A stretch of 64,000 nt of DNA from the NCBI GenBank assembly GCA_043228905.1, contig JBHGNT010000017.1, positions 9,548,001-9,612,000 on the forward strand. The letters run 5' to 3'. Positions 25,301 to 36,794 of this stretch are shown here, piece after piece. Below the pieces are notes generated by a model that worked only from the letters and a program-made list of their open reading frames with translations, was not told the DNA's origin and ran no database searches. Within the stretch, counting starts at the first letter, position 1. Each line of letters begins with the position of its first letter. The DNA comes from Azolla caroliniana (taxonomy: Eukaryota > Plantae > Polypodiophyta). Both the position numbers and the translations under genes were made by a program.

Positions 25301-27836
25301 TTGCTGATTTCTTCTTCAAAAATCGGATTTGAGGTGAGGTCTGGAGTCGGAGGCAAGTACCAGGACGCGGACTCATCAAACACAACGTCGTGGCTCACAC
25401 GTGCTTTTTGGGTGCATGGGTTATATATACCCCTTCTGCTCGTCCGAATAGCCGACCAAGATACACTTCTCGGCTTTCGCGTTCAGCTTCCTCTATTTCT
25501 CCTTCGGCATGTGCACATACACAATGTTGCCGAAAATCCTCAAGTGTGCCAAGTTTGGCTTCTTCCCGAAGTACAGCTCATGTGGCAACACTCTTCCATC
25601 AGCACACTTTTCTTTGCAATCGTGCATGCCCACATGTGTTGAGTGAAATCATCGATGAAGGTTACAAAGTAACGGCTTCCACCAAGAGTCACGTTCTGTG
25701 CCAGTCCCCACACATCCGAGTGGATCAAATCGAGCGGATTATGGTTCCGATTACGCTCATTGGGGAATGGAAGTCGGTGTTGTTTTCCCATTGGACAGGC
25801 TTCGCAGACTTGGACATTCCAGTCATGAAATTTCGACAACCCGAAAACAATGTTCTTCGTCTGCATTTCACGAAGTTGTGGGAAATTTACGTGGCCAAAC
25901 CGCTTGTGCCATAGGTCGATATCCGATTCGACCTTTTGTCCTTTTGTATACAACGTGGTTCCGACTTGATTAGTGTCGAGGATAAACATCCTCCCTTCAC
26001 GGTGCCCTTGCGCGATTACTTTGCCTTCCTCTTCTATGAAGCAGCCGAACTGCGTGAATCGAACTTGCATACCTTGGTCAATGATCTGACCGACCGACAC
26101 CAAGTTCTTGTCGGGACGTGCAACATGTTCATTAGCTTCCCTTTCTGCCTGACGTGGCTGAGGGGAACTTCGTCGACATGTTCGATGGCATGCGGAGTGT
26201 CGTCTCCCGTTTCGACCACTCCTTGTGATTTCGGTTTCTCCAAGTACGAGAACCATTCCTCGTGACTCGTCATATGATTTGACGTTCCGGAATCAACATA
26301 CCACACCTCGCTTGATTTCGAGGTGTTCATAGCCATAGAATTGGCTTTATGCTTCATTACGAAGGCAGGGCCCACTCCATTTCCAACTCGTTCAGAGCCT
26401 TCTGCATAGTGCGATCTCTGATGCCTTTCTGCGTCTCTTCGGCTCGATCCGGCTTTGTCCGAATCAGCTCCCTTTTTCCAGCACTCGCTCTCCTTGTGGC
26501 CTTTCTTGCCACAGTACCAACAATCCGGCACGGTCTTCTCTTGCCGTCTTCCGGGGCCGCCATGACTCCCCCTGCTTGCGGAGGGTTCGGAATTGCTTCC
26601 GGCATCTCGATTTTGACGTACATTCTGCTCTTTTTGGCCGCCTCCATTGCGCGCCGATCCGCCTCATCCACCACGACCACGGGGCCTATCATCCTCCATG
26701 TAGAGCATCTTGCCATTGGCGTGCACACTCGTCGACGCACCCGCGTGGTTTTCTTCTACGATCAACATTGACTGAAGCTCGAAAAACGAAGGCATAATCT
26801 CCCTCGTGCAGACCGCCGTTCGGAAAGGTTCGAACTTTGACGCCAAGCCACCAAGAGAAACCTGCACCATTTCATTTTCCTCGACGTTCACGTTTACGGA
26901 GGCGAGAAAGTCGCAGATTTCTTTGATCTTGGTGGTTTAATCAGCCACCGACATATCTCTTTGTCGTACATTCCTGAGCTCTTGTCTGAGCTGCAGCTTC
27001 ATGGCCGTTGTGCTGGCGGCAAAAATCCTTTTGAGATTCGCCCACGCGTCCTTCGGCGTCTTGGCATCCTGAATATAGCTAAAAAGTTGATCGCTCACAC
27101 AGGACGCGAAGTAGTACAACACTCTGCTTGCCGCTTGTTCCCAAGCCGGATAGTTCCTGTGTGTCAAGTCGAGTGCCAAATCGTTTGCTCCTTCGACATA
27201 ACTCTAGTAACCATGGTCGAGGAGGTACTGGTACATCTTGTAAGACCAAGATGCGTAGTTGCTTCTGTCAAGCTTTTCAGTTGGAAGTGAGCTTCCCATT
27301 CCTCTGTTCATAGTATTGTCTTTTTCTTCTATGAACGCGAACAACTTCAACTCTGTTTCGTCACTAACTTTTCTTGTTGGTTGTAGAGGACTTCAACGCT
27401 TGCACTCTAATACCATGTAAAATAATACGATGTGCGGAAGCGTGTGCGTAAGACACAGAGTGCACAGTTCGGGAGAATAAGACAGTTAGGTAAAACACAG
27501 AAAATGCAAAGATGGAGAGGGAGAGAGAGAGAGAGAGAGCAGACAACTCAGTTCTATTTCAAAATAATGACGCTCTGTACATACACCGTGCTCAGTGAGC
27601 ACCTTTTATACAAGCCCTAACTATCGGGCTGACACAAGTATTGACAGTACTTGAATGCTCATACATGAGCCTGCTACACTAACTCCCAAAATTAATCCTT
27701 ACGAGGAATACCATACTACTGGCCTTCCGGTTTACGCACCGATACGGCCACGTTATGCGTACTACTTTACGCACCCAGTCTACGCACTGGGTTACACACC
27801 ATATTACGCACTCAATGATAAGCTTGTCACTCAACA
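22399..27836 (-). mobile_element. Full-length but decayed Copia-C element inserted in Gypsy-B gag-pol
   Basis: LTRs 22399-22815 and 27416-27836; imperfect TSD CGGCC/AGGCC; PBS TGGTATTAGAGT (iMet-like); order gag knuckle CWYCGKKGHKESEC, WYVDSG, integrase, RT (LYVDD), RNase H. Confidence 0.92.
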
Positions 27837-29394
27837 AGGCCCAATCAACATTTTTCGTTTGCTTCCTTGTCGTAACTTGCTGAACTTCCGCCATAATCGT
27901 ATTGACGGTAGCGCCCTTGCCCTTGCGTAGTGGACATTGAGTGGCATAATGTCTGGGTTGTTGGCAAACGAAACAATGGACGCTGGATTCGCCTTTCTCG
28001 GCAGCTAGTGGCGTGTTCTTATCCCCAGGTGTGGCTTGCTCCTCCTGGTCTTGTTTTATTCTTCTAAAATTCCGTGGTGGTTGTTGTGGGTCCTTGTGCG
28101 GCTCCTGGTGCCGGTCTTCTTCCGAACTTTCGTTGTAACGCCGTTGGTCCCTATACTATCGATGTTCCCCACGAGGCCCATTGAAGCACCACGTTTGGTC
28201 ACCGAACAGTAGTTTTCGTAACGACGTCCTCCTTTATTATATCTGCGGTTGCCCCGGTCTTCTTCATCCTCGTGCTCTTCTTCCTCGGAATCGTTGTTAT
28301 TCCGGCGACTCCGGTAGTACCGGTCGTCGCGTGGATTCTGATCCGTATACTGGGGTTGTTCTTCTTGTCGCCTTTGATCATTTCAGCGAGGTGGTCATTG
28401 TGTTTCTACGTTTCGTACTGTGGGCGTAGGTCTATTCAACATATTGTATTCACACTGCTCGACCGTGTGTGCTTTCGAGTGACAGATTGGGTAGTGGATT
28501 CGCATGTTGCATTCCACCACGGAATGCCCGGAATTGAGGCAAATCGTGCACTAGATTGCCTGACAAAAATGTCGTTCCTCGTCATGAGGTAACGCTTGTC
28601 GTAATGAGGACATGGAAAACCCTTCCTCTTCTTCGTCCAACTCGAGTTGTAACGCCCGCTTTATGACCATATCGGTTGTGTCTCCTTTCACGCTATTGTT
28701 GTTGAGCGTCATTCGTATAGGTCGTCGTACGGCTGCTAGAAATGTCTCCCGAGCCTTGTCATCTTTCGGGCCCCGTTCTAATTTCCGCTGCAGATTTTTG
28801 AAGCGTAAACTAAAGTCTGCGACAGACTCGGCTGGCAACTGTTTGATTGTATAGAACTGCCTGATGATTTCGCGCTGCAGCAGCCTCCGATGAAAGAAAC
28901 GCAAAAAGGTCGACTGCAGCTGGTCGAAGGTCATGATTGCTGGCAGATCCATCTGCGAATGCCAAAACACAGCTCTACCATCCAAAGTTAATCCAAACTC
29001 TGTCATTTTGGACTTGTGCACTTCCTCTTCTGGAAGTTGCTACGCCATGTGATTCGCATTCCAAACATTTAGGAATAGGCGAATGTGGGTTGCGGCGTCT
29101 GTTTCGCCGTTGAAGCGGGGATAGGAGAAGGCCATTCTGGACACTATGGCGGTAGGGGAAGACCACAGTACTTGTGTTGTGATGGAACTTCCTACGTGCC
29201 GCCGTGGTGTTTGGTGAGCGGGAAATCGACTTTGTGGTCCGAACGGATATCACTGAGGCGAGGCTTTTGCCTTGCGCGGTCCTCTGCCTGATGTGTGATG
29301 GACCTTGTGATTGGTCGGTCTTGTTGTGTCGGTTCTCTGGGTCGTCTACGCCTTAACATCCATTCGTCACTGTTCATCTGCGAGAAGACACATA

Positions 29395-29409
29395 TCACCA
29401 GGTGTGCCA
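29395..29409 (-). promoter_or_regulatory. Gypsy-B primer-binding site, tRNA-Arg-like, degenerate
   Basis: TGGCACACCTGGTGA just inside the LTR end ..AGCAACA; resembles the TGGC(A/G)CGCC PBS of Tat-type elements. The tRNA identity is tentative. Confidence 0.55.
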
Positions 29410-29413
29410 AACG

Positions 29414-29765
29414 TGTTGCTGGGGTGGGGGGTGAAGCCTTTCACCCCTAGAATGGCTTCACCCCCCTCCCAAGGGGGTTACGTGTGAGGGAAAGAGAGAA
29501 GTAAAGAAAATAGAGAATGACACAAAATGAGAGGGGAAAAACTATATCCATTACATGCCCCATAAGGGGTTTATATAATACATACAATGTAACAGTTACA
29601 TGACCGTTATAAATAAGACCGTTACACATTCTTGTACACATGCACATAATTGTGCATGTGTCCATACACATACTCATCCTCACACACTCATTTACTTTAC
29701 ACATACACATCAACCACATCATTACACATACCCTTATGCCTCCCCGTATATTCTTACGGGTAACA
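29414..29765 (-). repeat. Probable Gypsy-B 5' LTR
   Basis: TGTTA...CAACA on the minus strand, TATA-like TTATATAAA, adjacent PBS. No second copy is available to fix the boundary. Confidence 0.55.
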
Positions 29766-30074
29766 CATAACACATGGCACTCCTGTGGGATAGTGCATTG
29801 CACGGTGAACCCACTCGCCATGGCAACTCTTCTCGACTAGAACTCCATCGGTCGTCTCAACGGTCGGAAATCCCTCGACCGGATCACTACTCTACGATCG
29901 ATAACTTCGATCGGAGCTTTGCTTGACTCAAACCTTCTCGCTCGGTCAGCACAAGTCGCGATTGGATCATACACCAATTGGCTAGTTCGATGTGACATGG
30001 GTCGTGAAATCGTGTTGTGCATTTGTGTATTCTTTCTTTCATCATGTGAAGTGAGTTTTATATTTTTTTACCCT

Positions 30075-30300
30075 TTGATCTTTAAAATTTGTACCCTCAA
30101 GTTTTTAAAAATTTTATTTTCGGCTCTTGTGTTTTCGAAATTCTGCATTCTGCCCTCCAAATTTTGAAATCTCATGTCATGCCCTTGAGCTTTTGAAATT
30201 TTGTCTTCTACCTCGAACTTTTGAAATTCGAGTGCATGCCCTCAAGTTCTTGTAATTTTCTTCTCTGCCCTTGAGTTTTTGAAAATTTTCTTTCTGCCCC
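30075..30300. repeat. Array of degenerate TGCCCTYRARYTTTTGAAATT motifs resembling DNA-transposon subterminal repeats
   Basis: About six irregularly spaced copies (e.g. 30150, 30180, 30237, 30266) beside the captured gene fragments. Confidence 0.55.
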
Positions 30301-30376
30301 TTTCTCTTTGTTCCCATTCATATTCTCGCCTTTCACTTCTAGCGAATTGCGGTGGCAGCGGCAGAAACAATAGTGG

Positions 30377-30475
30377 CTTTAATTGTATTTCTCATGTTGT
30401 AAGCATAATTCTCCATTTCGAGTTTTTAGACTCCCCTTTGATCTTATGCTCTTCATCTTCAGATTTGTATTTCTC
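30377..30475 (-). pseudogene. HSP70: Captured fragment of cytosolic Hsp70 (C-terminal lid region)
   Basis: Hand translation [31 protein letters not shown] (one frameshift) matches the plant Hsp70 motif [32 protein letters not shown]. Confidence 0.85.
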
Positions 30476-30652
30476 TGAATATGTTTGTCCCAAAGAGGTA
30501 TTAAACAAACAACCATGTCCATGAGAACAATATCAAAAATTGCCACCGCTTCAAGAGGATATCGCATCATTTTCACATACAAATCCTCATCATAGTCTAA
30601 GATATTCATGGCATTTACATTTAGAGAGTTCTCTTCTAGCTCCATGATGATA
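30474..30652 (-). pseudogene. MCM4: Captured fragment of DNA replication licensing factor MCM4 (N-terminal domain)
   Basis: DYDEDLYVKMMRYPLEAVAIFDIVLMDMV..LWDKHIQ resembles plant MCM4 DYDPDLYNKMVRYPLEVLAIFDIVLMD...EKHVQ. Confidence 0.82.
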
Positions 30653-31133
30653 GATCCTCGTTGAGCGGAGGAAGAGGCATGGGGTGCAGCGGAGATACCC
30701 TTGCTTCCCGAGGAGTGAGATGGGTCCATAGGGTCCGGAATAGCTATGCGAAGGGCATCAGTGATGAACTTTCTAGTCAAGAATCGTGATTGGTCAGTGG
30801 ATTTAGTGGCCAGTGGTTGTTGGCTGTGTTGTTGATTAAGATTATTCTGCGACGAAGAAGGAGGTTCTGTTCTCTAAGAAGGAGGCGATGGCGGCGGATC
30901 TCTCTGGGAAGAAGAGTTGGATCGTGTAGATCGTGCCATATTCCTTCTCTGTTATACAACTGCCTAACCGCTTCTCTAAGAATTCTCTCTTGCGCCTTCA
31001 ATTACACCAGACCAATTCTCTGAATGAGAGATTCAAGGGTTTTTGCTTTTGCTTCTACATAGTCTTCTGCTTCTTGTTCTTCTCTGCTACCGTGTCTTCT
31101 GCTACCTCTTTCTTCACCTTCTCCATGGGTCTT

Positions 31134-31235
31134 GACCAAGTTATCCTCACGTTTACGACGAGCTTCATCAACATCAACAGAGACCTTATACACCTTCGGA
31201 CGTACCTCAATGAGGGCAATAGGGCATAGAGACAT
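31134..31235 (-). pseudogene. Captured importin-alpha N-terminus (start codon and first part of the IBB domain)
   Basis: MSLCPIALIEVRPKVYKVSVDVDEARRKREDNLV versus plant importin-alpha MSLRP..TEVRRNRYKVAVDAEEGRRRREDNMV; preceded by CT-rich 5'UTR-like sequence. Confidence 0.82.
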
Positions 31236-31859
31236 GGCTATAGACAGATAGAGAGGGAGAGACATCGTTCTTCATCGTCGTCAGAGCCGGCTACCGATGA
31301 CTGTCTGTCCGCCCTTTGGATCCCCACTGCTCCTCTTCCATATCTTCCTTTTCTCCATCTTCTTCACTCAACCCTTGACTCAAGGGATTGATTGTCCGAA
31401 GCTGAGCTCGTTGATGCTCGTTTATGTTCTTTTGAATATTTGTAGAGACATGATTTGATGATCCAGAAGTTGAGCTTAGCTGTAGAGCTCTTGACACATA
31501 GGAGCTACCATGGAAGCCACCGTGCCCTCCCATTTCCACAGCTTCATATTGCCATTGTTGAAGAAGCCGCATACCTAATGGTCTCCACGCCCACGTTCTT
31601 CTTCTTCTTCCACTTCAATGAGGATTTAGGGTTTTCATAGCATAGATAGAAACCAACCGATGAGCCTGAGGGGAAGGAGAGAGACATAAACACATACAAC
31701 ACAAGCAAACAAACAAACATGTAGAGAGTTGAAGATGTAAATCACCATTTTCATCTCAGATTGGCTGTGACACAGAGATATTAGTGATGGAGGGGGAGAG
31801 TGAGGGAGAGTGAGACTTCTTCTCAAAGGAGGGTCATCCTTTCAAGCATGCCAAAAGTG

Positions 31860-32265
31860 TCGCCGATTAGGAACACTCTCTACGCTCAGTCCTTCGAGGT
31901 AGACCTCAAGGTCACTGTGTTACAAGGAATGGAACCTTCGTACTGTAAATCATAATGGGATACTCCCTCGTATCCTAGTAGCGTATAAGGGAGACAACTA
32001 CAACCGAACTCTTTAGGAAGTGCACTAGTATCCGCACTTACGCCTACACCCTTACGATTTACAGTACGCAACAGAGAAATAAAGAACACAGTAGATAAAA
32101 CCACAGATATGCACAGAGATCAGAGAAGATAGTATTCTATTAGGAAAAACGCTCTATGCACCAAAATTACACGCTACCTCTTACAGAGGATTTCTGCCCT
32201 TTATATACACAGGGCTTTTAGTGGTTCACGCTTCCCGCGTGAACCGTTCCATGCGTTTCTTAACA
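31860..32265. repeat. Possible solo LTR of an unassigned family
   Basis: Ends ..TTCTTAACA and contains a TATA-like motif. The left boundary and TSD are not resolved. Confidence 0.3.
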
Positions 32266-33165
32266 TCTGTCACTAAGTGCGGATAGTGAGGCGAAACCAT
32301 CGGGGTTCTGGACCGAAAGGACTCGAAGTTTGCATTAGCTTTAACGAGAAAGGATTTAAGATAGATTGAAAGAGAGAGATTGACATAAGATAAAACACTT
32401 GACTTTAGATTGAGAGAGACAAGATACATCAACAATAGGGTTACAAGTTTCTTATTTGATCATCCAAAAAAATTTACATTAGTCCTTTCATCTTTTTCCT
32501 CCCCTCTGTTATAGATGCCCTCATGCATTTGAGGGTACAAGACATGCATAAAATGCATGTTTGCCATTTAGCGCTCATGTATTACATGTGGTGCATGATA
32601 ACCATGTCACTCATATTAGCTCTCATATATGAGAATTTACATATAAAGTTACAATGATAAAAATATAAATCCAAGAAAATGTGTTGGCTTAGTGGTAAGC
32701 CTATTGACTCTCCACTTGGAGGTGCAAGGTTCAAATCCTTGCTTTCCCTCCTTGTGTATATGTATAAATATTTATTTAGTTATTTATCCATCTAGTCGTT
32801 TGGTTTAGATGCCGGTTACGTTGCGGTCCGGTTTTGGTTGACCAAAACCTTTGGAAGTAGCCAGGCCACACCCCTTCATCCAATAGCTTAGTTCAAGTCA
32901 CCTTGAACTCTCTATGCTCCACACATAGACACAAAGATAATAGCTTTTGCTCTACCTTATATATGGTGAGATCCTTATTTCCTGTCTATGTGGGATATCT
33001 CATAATTCTAGTTTTCTCTTTGTCTTTGCAAACTTCCTACCCACATAAATTGACAGTTAGATGTTTGTTTCTTATGTAGTAAAGTGCATCTGAAAGCTCT
33101 TCAAGACCTCCATCTTTTTATAGTTTTATGTGATTTTCACACTATTGCCGAAAATCTTCACGACA
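32266..33165 (-). repeat. Gypsy-A-type LTR (solo or remnant)
   Basis: Similar to 4717-5964 at both ends (GGGGTTCTG.ACC near 32302; ..AAAATCTTCACGACA at 33165). Confidence 0.72.
32681..32750 (+). other. tRNA-like A-box/B-box module in a Gypsy-A LTR, antisense to the element
   Basis: TGGCTTAGTGGTAAG...GGAGGTGCAAGGTTCAAATCC. Confidence 0.68.
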
Positions 33166-35545
33166 CCATCGGTTACTATTCTGACGGACAACAAACAACC
33201 AAGAAGTGGTTCAACCAACATGGGTTAAGAGGCTTCCTGAGGATAGCAGAGGCACCGCCGCACAACGAAGCAGAAGAAGTTGTGCATAAAATCGACACGG
33301 AAATCATAACGGAGGAAGCCATCTGCGCTCTAATCAGATTGTCGGAACGGGGTATCTAATCCATCGAGAACTCTTCTCCTGAAACACTAACCAAGTTTTT
33401 TGGCGAGTGTTTTCTTGCCAGCAAGGCTCACTGGACGCAGGGCGACAAGGACCCCCTGTTCAGAGGAGTGGCTCATGTCCTCCACGAGTATGGGTTCATG
33501 TACCCCCGACCCCCGGCAATGCCAAAGAACAAAGCCGGTTTCATCATTGCTACATATACAGGGGTGCAAGTGGATTGGTCGATAATCATCACCGATTGCT
33601 TGCAGACGACTATAGAATCAGTGTAAAACAGCAAGAAATTATGGACGACTGTGGCTCAATGGCTGATTCTCTTGGCACCCCCGATGGAGCCGGTAAGACT
33701 AAGAAGCAGGTTTGAGTAACAGAGACCACGCCCAACAAACCTTCAAAATAGCAGCAACTCCTAGCCAAGCACACTCCCGTATGGAAAGAGGGCAGTACCT
33801 CGCAGCAAGGGAAAGAACCTCCTAGCCGGAAGGGGCAAGTAGAGACAGAGACACCAATGGAGCCACCAGTAAGGCCTCTTAAAATCAAGTTGCGCTGACA
33901 GGAACAAGAGTCGGACCCCTTGGCAACAAAGATCAATATCAGAACCCAAGAGGAGGAGGCGGAGGAAGACCCCGCCAATAACCTCCTACATCTCCAGAAG
34001 CATAGCGACGCGGAGCAGAAGGGGGACGAATCGGGTATGATTAAGGACAGCGCACCAACACCCCGTTCCGAGGGACTGGAGCCAAGGAAGGAGGCGGAAC
34101 CAATTCAACCAGAAACAATGAAAGAGTTACCTGTGCGGCAAGAAGCAACAATGTCGGTGATCCAAGAACTGGTAATCGAAATGCCTACATCACCGGGGCA
34201 ACAAGCACAACAAGAGCAGGAGTTGTCGCTATAGGCACCAATCCAAAAAGGGCTTCCGGCGAGAACACAGGCCACGCCACAACCAGAACCGGCACGACAA
34301 TAAGGTACCGATAGTCAATGGCTATGGTGGATCGGCGAACAGGTGGTCGGGGTTGTGTGCCAAATAGAAATGGAGGAGAGAGCATAGGGGGATCGGTTGT
34401 TCATCACAACCGAAGAACTTGAGAAGGCCCGATCGAGGATCCGGAGCATGGAAGAAGAAATTGCGCATGCCAAAGCAAAGGCGGCTAAGCAGGTCATAGA
34501 AGGACCAATACTACCAGAACCGGTGGCTCCAAGGAATGTACAAACCAATAAGATGTCGGTAACTGAAATAGCACCGGATGCAAATAAGGCATAAGAACAA
34601 GAACTCGCCACTCTCAGAGAGGAATTAGCGGCCCAAGAGGCCTTAAGGGCTAGAGATTGAGACTTGAAGAAGGTGACGGAGGAGGAACAACGAAAAACGG
34701 CAAATAACCTTCGAAAAGTCGAGGACAATCTACAGAAGGGTCATCAAGCATATGACCGATTGAAGGAAGAAAAAGAAAAGCTGTTGCAAGAAAAGGACAA
34801 ACTTCGGTGATCAGCGGAAGTCGAGATTGAGCGGCTATAAGAAGAACTCCGGCAACAGAAGGACCAGGAGGACCGGACCTGACGCCAAATCTATCAGAAG
34901 CTGAAACAGAAAACAGAGGATTTTGATAGGTTGCACCGGGATCACAAGCACCTAGAGGCGGAAAACAAGAAATTGATGGCAGAAGGTGACCGGCAACAAG
35001 AGAAGATGCGGGAACTCTGGGATGAACCCAACAGGACGACAACGACATTGGCGGAAGAAAGAACCAAGGGAGTTGAAGTGGCAAAGATGCTGGCAGAAGC
35101 GGCGAAGGACAGAATGGAGCTTACCCGGCAGCATCATGAGCAGATGGAACGAGCAAAGATGGCTCTGAACAGAGTTCAGATGACTTATCAGACACAATTG
35201 ATGTAGTATTAGGGACAAGCTGAGTCAACCGCGATCCTCATAAAGCAATTAAAGGATGAAAAGCAGGCCGCGGAGGATAAGTCAAAGATGGGACTTGGTC
35301 GTATTCGAGACATTGTACTAACATGGAGGGACCGGACGAAGAGGTTAGTTGAAGAAAGTTCAGTACAGTGGTGGTCCAAATGGGCAAAGCAGGCAACCAA
35401 GTTGAAGGCCCCGACGAAAATGGTTGTAGAGAGCTTAGCCATCCCACTGAACATCACATGCTAATTGTCTAAATTCAGAGGCATAAACGGATACCGGACG
35501 CATATTTTGATGTAATGAATAGAGTTTGGCGATGGCAGTTCGATG
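33166..35545 (+). pseudogene. Second, diverged copy of the Gypsy-B-type accessory ORF with many stops
   Basis: KKWFNQHGLRGFLRIAEAPPH and MPKNKAGFIIATYTGVQVDWSII align with 16875-17520, followed by a long E/K/Q-rich coiled coil. Confidence 0.7.
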
Positions 35546-36426
35546 TCAGTCAATATCCCCAATTGTTGCCTCAAACTCTGCCAAAAAGGTAGGTAAATTA
35601 TGTAGAAGTGGTGATGAAGTTTTGACCAGCGCTGCAAACCAGGCTTCTGCAGCTCCGGACAGAAGGGTCCCGATGAAACCAACTTGATGAAAATCATCCG
35701 CATACCGTTGAGGTTGTGGTTGGATAATAAGCTTGATCTGATTTATGAACCCTCTGAAGTGCTTCCTCGTGCCATCGAACTTGTGAGGTAAACTAATCTT
35801 GGGCTCCATACTTGTACTGGGATGGGGAGGAGTTGGAGAAAGTCGAGACAAGGAACCAGGCTCTATAGGTAGAACATTTATTGATGTAGGAGGAGAATTG
35901 TTTTTTTCATCGACTTCCATCGATGTTCCAACTTGAAGCTTCTGTAACGATTCCCGAAGTTTGTCATTCTCAAGTTGAAGTTGATGCATGGCTTCTATGA
36001 GCTAATTTATTCTCTCGGTAAGATCCGACATGCTGAGGCTGAGAAAATGAGAAGGTGAACAAACTGTCACGAACGGGTGGAATGAGGCTAAGTACTAAGA
36101 GAGAGCGAGAGCATAAGCAAGGCCACAAGATTGTCAAGGACAAGTAGATGAGGCTCAATACTAAGAGATCGTGGGAGAGAGAGCTTAGAAAAGAGAACAG
36201 TATTTATACAAGAATGTGGAGGTATTCATGAAAGCTAGAAGACTTCTAGAGAGTGCATGAAGATGCATTCTCTAGAAGGTTCATGAAAGTTCTAGTGATC
36301 AATCTATAATGAAATAAGTTGAATCTTATACAATACAATAATGCATAGATGGATGTAGCTCAATTGGTAAGGTTGCCTAATAAGACCAGAAGGTCATGGG
36401 TTCAACCCTCACCATTCCATGTGGCA
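35546..36426 (-). mobile_element. 5' fragment of a Tcn1-like chromovirus (LTR 36132-36426 and gag N-terminus)
   Basis: EPKISLPHKFDGTRKHFRGFINQ..LLSGAAEAWF is homologous to gag at 59746-59990; the LTR start resembles the LTR at 59004. Confidence 0.8.
36351..36419 (+). other. tRNA-like A-box/B-box module in a Tcn1-like LTR, antisense to the element
   Basis: GGATGTAGCTCAATTGGTAAG...GGTCATGGGTTCAACCC..CATTCCA; anticodon arm degenerate. Confidence 0.7.
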
Positions 36427-36794
36427 TCCTATCTATGACAAGAACAACTACAACAATTAATTGTGAATATTACAAAGGAGATTAACCGACACATTACGAG
36501 GTAGGAGGTGGTGCTTTATATATGGTCACCCTCTCTCTATTTTCTCTCACTAAAACGCCCACTCTCTCTCTAGAACCTTGGGAAATGTGGAACCTCATTA
36601 GTTATGAGGAATATGAAACTCATTAGTTATGTGTCATAGAATATGATTCTATGACACATAGTTAATATGTAGAAAGTAGTGGTGATCTTTGACCTTTGAG
36701 TGCTAATAGATTCTCAAAAGGTGTGTTCACACACTAGACTAGGTTGAGCTTGATTCTCAACACCCCCAAGCAAGTTCACACTTGGCCCTTACGG
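36427..36794 (-). repeat. Distal part of the chromovirus-G 3' LTR, split from 44156-44287 by the intact Gypsy-A insertion
   Basis: Continuity is implied by TSD ACGG; a TATA-like motif lies at about 36516-36522. Confidence 0.55.

Larger units (their letters stand above)
14445..29765 (-). mobile_element. Gypsy-B element (5' LTR, PBS, gag-pol, extra 3' ORF) carrying three nested insertions; 3' LTR missing
   Basis: gag about 27840-29400; protease about 21950-22400 (VIDGGSGIN); RT 20643-21377; integrase 18100-18960; extra ORF 14445-17770; PBS at 29395-29409. The right boundary is approximate. Confidence 0.8.

Noticed and set aside
29836-29882. Helitron 3' end (minus-strand CTAG|T with a CGGTCG/CGACCG hairpin)
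   Set aside because: The hairpin is short and about 20 nt from the CTAG, and no 5' TC end or second copy was found. It is not supported enough to call.
30379-30780. Intact 133-aa host gene
   Set aside because: The ORF is a chimera of unrelated fragments; MCM4 similarity covers about 60 aa and the Hsp70 piece is mostly in another frame.
36351-36419. Functional tRNA gene (also 32681, 37018, 59010)
   Set aside because: The anticodon arm does not fold convincingly and the sequences are integral LTR parts, so they are reported only as tRNA-like modules.
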